From NCBI RefSeq assembly GCF_001545115.1, contig NZ_FCNU01000022.1, positions 88,544-152,543 on the forward strand: a DNA stretch of 64,000 nucleotides. Reading direction: 5' to 3'. Below the pieces are notes generated by a model, which was given only the letters and a program-made list of their open reading frames with translations, was not told the DNA's origin and made no database searches. The position numbers were made by a program, and so were the translations under genes. The stretch is from Candidatus Protochlamydia phocaeensis. Its GTDB lineage: Bacteria > Chlamydiota > Chlamydiia > Chlamydiales > Parachlamydiaceae. Shown here in pieces: positions 61,102 to 64,000 of this stretch; the first letter of the stretch is position 1; the number at the start of each line of letters is the position of its first letter.

Positions 61102-63110
61102 TGGAATCGTTAAGCTTAACGGCAGATCCATTGAATCACCCTAACAGCTGGAATAACAAGCGTAAGAGGCCATGGAAATTGTCGTTAGGCGCTAACTTTA
61201 CAGCCGAGAAAACCGTATCTTTTAAGGTTTGGGCTCCCAAATGCAAGGCAGTTGAAGTTGTCCTTCAAGGCAATGATAATCGAAAGCAAGCGCTTACCAA
61301 AGACGAATTGGGATACTTCTCGGGGGCAATGGACAACATCGAGCCGGGAACCCTTTATAAATATCAAATAGATGGCAAAGATAGTTTTCCGGATCCCGTT
61401 TCACGCTATCTTCCCGAAGGTCCGCATGGGCCGACGATGATCGTTGATCCGGGGCATTATCAATGGCATGATCAAAACTGGCCTGGCGTCAATTTAAAGG
61501 GCCAGGTCATTTATGAAATGCATATAGGCGCCTTTACTCCGGAAGGAACATTTGATGCGGCAGCTAAAGAGCTGGAAGAGCTGAGCTACTTTGGCATCAC
61601 TCTTATTGAAGTGATGCCTGTAGCTGAATTTCCGGGAAAATGGAACCAAGGATATGATGGCGTGAGCCTTTATGCTCCTTCTCATTTGTATGGAGATTCC
61701 GAAGCCTTTAAGCGTTTTGTGGATAAAGCCCATCAGCTTGGCATAGGCGTGATCTTAGATGTCGTGTATAACCATTTCGGGCCTGATGGGAATTATACAG
61801 GTATGTACAGCGACTATTACTTATCCAATAAATATACGACTCATTGGGGCGACGTCATTAACTTTGATGGAGTCGGCTCTCGAGAAGTCCGCGAATTCTT
61901 CATCAATAATGCCTGCTATTGGATTGGGGAATTCCACTTAGACGGATTTCGGCTAGATTCTACGCAAGATTTTTATGATGACTCATTTCCGCATATTCTA
62001 GCTGAGCTTTCTCAACGGACTAGCGAGATGGCATTGCCAAAATCTATCGTAATCATTGCTGAAAATGAACCGCAGGACATTAAGCTTATTCGGCCGCGCG
62101 CTGAAAATGGCTATGAATTAGATGGGGTATGGAATGATGACTTTCACCATGCAGCCATCGTCTCGCTAAAAGGACGGAGCGAAGCGTATTATACCGATTA
62201 TCGCGGGACCGGACAGGAATTTATCTCTCTGCTTAAAAGAGGATACCTCTATCAAGGGCAAGCCTACTCTTGGCAAAAGAAATCGCGAGGAACAATTGTC
62301 ACGGATGAACCCGCTTGGTCGTTTGTTTTTTATCTGCAAAATCACGATCAAATCTCAAACGAATTAAGAGGGGAACGCATTCATCTCCTGACAGATATGG
62401 CGCGTTTGCGGGCAATGACAGCCCTTTTATTACTCGCTCCTGAAACACCTCTTTTATTTATGGGGCAAGAATTTGCCTCTTCCAAGCCTTTCATGTTTTT
62501 TGCAGACCATACAAGCGAAGAGCTGGTAAAAAACGTATCGGAAGGGAGAAGGAAGTTCCTAGAGCAGTTCCCCAGCCATGCGTCCGCTTATCAGAGCCCG
62601 GAAGCGCAAAAATTTATTCCAGATGTATGCGCCAGCATCAGTTTCGAAAATTCCAAGCTTGACCTATCGGAAAGAGAAAAGCATCGAGAGATCTATCGCT
62701 TGCACTACGATCTTTTAAAAATTAGACGAGAAGATCCCATTATTGCTGCCCAAGACCGATTTAATTTGGATGGCGCTGTGCTTGATACTTACAGTTTCTT
62801 GATCCGCTTTTTCGGTAAAGACGGCAACGACCGCCTTCTGCTCATTAACTTGGGAAGAGATTTAGATTACAGTCCGCTTGCAGAGCCGCTTATCGCTCCA
62901 AGCAAAAAAGGCTTTTGGGAATTGATTTGGTCTAGCGATGACCCTTGCTATGGCGGGCCCGGCGTGCTCAATCCCTTTCAGGAAAAAGGAATGAAACTGC
63001 CGGCCCAAAGCGCCATCCTACTTAAATCTGTATCGGAAGAAGAGAAGCCGCTTATTGAAAAGCATCTAAAGGCGGATGCTGCGCCTCATTTGAATAAGGT
63101 GACCGGTTAA
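61098..63110 (+). CDS. treZ: GH13 alpha-amylase-family enzyme, malto-oligosyltrehalose trehalohydrolase (TreZ)-like.
   Basis: [17 protein letters not shown] is the TreZ-type region II (GlgX/isoamylase instead have VYNHT). GFRLD, IAENE and an N-terminal CBM48-like region ([15 protein letters not shown]) are also present. Its ATG overlaps the tkt stop (ATGA). Confidence 0.6.
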   Translation: MMESLSLTADPLNHPNSWNNKRKRPWKLSLGANFTAEKTVSFKVWAPKCKAVEVVLQGNDNRKQALTKDELGYFSGAMDNIEPGTLYKYQIDGKDSFPDPVSRYLPEGPHGPTMIVDPGHYQWHDQNWPGVNLKGQVIYEMHIGAFTPEGTFDAAAKELEELSYFGITLIEVMPVAEFPGKWNQGYDGVSLYAPSHLYGDSEAFKRFVDKAHQLGIGVILDVVYNHFGPDGNYTGMYSDYYLSNKYTTHWGDVINFDGVGSREVREFFINNACYWIGEFHLDGFRLDSTQDFYDDSFPHILAELSQRTSEMALPKSIVIIAENEPQDIKLIRPRAENGYELDGVWNDDFHHAAIVSLKGRSEAYYTDYRGTGQEFISLLKRGYLYQGQAYSWQKKSRGTIVTDEPAWSFVFYLQNHDQISNELRGERIHLLTDMARLRAMTALLLLAPETPLLFMGQEFASSKPFMFFADHTSEELVKNVSEGRRKFLEQFPSHASAYQSPEAQKFIPDVCASISFENSKLDLSEREKHREIYRLHYDLLKIRREDPIIAAQDRFNLDGAVLDTYSFLIRFFGKDGNDRLLLINLGRDLDYSPLAEPLIAPSKKGFWELIWSSDDPCYGGPGVLNPFQEKGMKLPAQSAILLKSVSEEEKPLIEKHLKADAAPHLNKVTG

Positions 63111-64000
63111 CAAAGCTGCTCCTTCATATAAAGCAGACAGGACTAAAGAATCGAACGCAGCGGCTTTAATAGGCATAAATGCAGCTGCCTTAATGCGCGA
63201 CACCATCCAATTGGCCGTGTGCATGATAAGCGCCCAGACCTTGGCAATGGCCCAAATGATAGGAGATAAAAAACCTTTTGCGACCGACCAGGCACGCTGC
63301 AAAATGGAAATCGGCCTTCTGCTTTCTTCCATATTTTGCTGGGCATTTGGAGGAAGGAGAGATTTCTCAGGTTCCTTTGATTCTTCTGCAATGCCTAATT
63401 GCTGGTAAAGCCCTTGCTTTGTTTGTTCAGCAGATTCCAGGTTCTGTTGGATGGCATCTTGATTGCGTTGAATATGCTCCGCTTGCTGATGAATATGTTC
63501 CTTTATCCCATCGGTTCGATCTAAGGTGTCTCGAATATCTTTCTGCTCTGATCGAATGGCATCCGCTTGCAAATGAATGGCTTCTTTTGTGTGTTCGGCC
63601 ATGTTTAGCGCGTCTTGAATGAGAGAGTGGTCAAGATGGATAACGGCCACCTGATGGCCAATATCTTCTTTTGTTTGTTCTGCTAAGCGCAGATGTTCCC
63701 TAATGGCTTCTTGATCGATGGGAATAGCGGAGGCTAAATGGTCAAGATCTGTTTTCTTTTGCGAGACTTGATCAAGCGTTTGGTCGATCGTATGATGGGC
63801 GCCTTGAATATCTTGCACGCGATAACTTATGCCTTCTTTAAGCTGCTCTGTTAAGCCAATATTTTGTCGGATATCTGCTTGGCCGGTAGAAATATGCGAA
63901 GCTAAATCGCTTATCTTATGCTGTTTGGAGAAGGCTTCTTTTAAGGACAGCGCTGCGGTTTCTTGGCTATGAGCAATAAAGTTCGTTTGCTGAGCAAAAG
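63066..64000 (-). CDS. Coiled-coil repeat protein with a C-terminal hydrophobic anchor; 5'-partial, as the ORF continues past the window end.
   Basis: It contains tandem ~30-aa repeats (…EHTKEAIHLQADAIRSEQKDIRDTL…, …EHIHQQAEHIQRNQDAIQQNLESAEQTKQ…). I translated the minus frame from 63819 to 64000 by hand and found no stop. The C-terminal ~60 aa is hydrophobic (PIIWAIAKVWALIMHTANWMV…). Confidence 0.6.
   Translation of the reverse strand, partial: FAQQTNFIAHSQETAALSLKEAFSKQHKISDLASHISTGQADIRQNIGLTEQLKEGISYRVQDIQGAHHTIDQTLDQVSQKKTDLDHLASAIPIDQEAIREHLRLAEQTKEDIGHQVAVIHLDHSLIQDALNMAEHTKEAIHLQADAIRSEQKDIRDTLDRTDGIKEHIHQQAEHIQRNQDAIQQNLESAEQTKQGLYQQLGIAEESKEPEKSLLPPNAQQNMEESRRPISILQRAWSVAKGFLSPIIWAIAKVWALIMHTANWMVSRIKAAAFMPIKAAAFDSLVLSALYEGAALLTGHLIQMRRSIRL

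Overview
This 64-kb window looks like a chromosomal segment from a Chlamydiae-type intracellular bacterium, probably an amoeba-symbiont-like Parachlamydiaceae lineage. That call is inferred from moderate-low GC, AT-rich promoter regions, two F-box-like proteins, Inc-like bilobed hydrophobic proteins, an SNF2 helicase and other eukaryote-like domains. It is gene-dense, with about 50 CDS. I found no rRNA, tRNA or CRISPR.

Content in order:
- An unusual split, archaeal-type glutamate-synthase-like cluster. It has a degenerate FMN-domain paralog truncated at the window start, a canonical FMN/4Fe-4S domain protein, and a GATase–GXGXG fusion, followed by an aldo/keto reductase.
- Candidate effector-like genes: two F-box-like proteins and an EEP-family nuclease/phosphatase with an S/P-rich tail.
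- A LolCDE-like ABC pair, an NhaP-type antiporter, a PlcN/AcpA-type phosphoesterase, and an M4 (thermolysin-like) metalloprotease.
- A GDP-mannose module (manC, GT1, gmd), msrB-msrA, DUF72, an ADH, an SPFH protein, and an ABC-2 exporter.
- A tight six-gene operon: amino-acid ABC transporter (SBP, permease, ATPase), two tandem argininosuccinate-synthase paralogs, and argH. This may be a citrulline-to-arginine salvage route.
- A divergently transcribed pair. One is an SNF2 helicase with proline-rich tandem repeats. The other is a 1496-aa SF1 (Upf1-like) helicase fused to a C-terminal Vsr/DUF559 nuclease, a single-protein defense-like architecture that as I recall matches the Hhe family.
- A type-II-membrane eukaryote-like glycosyltransferase, a quinone oxidoreductase, a second AKR, and transketolase translationally coupled to a TreZ-like GH13 enzyme.
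- A partial coiled-coil repeat protein with a C-terminal hydrophobic anchor that runs off the window end.

I consider the Hhe-like helicase-nuclease next to the repeat-bearing SNF2 helicase, together with the structured non-coding region beside them, the most interesting locus. The transporter–argG–argG–argH operon is second.
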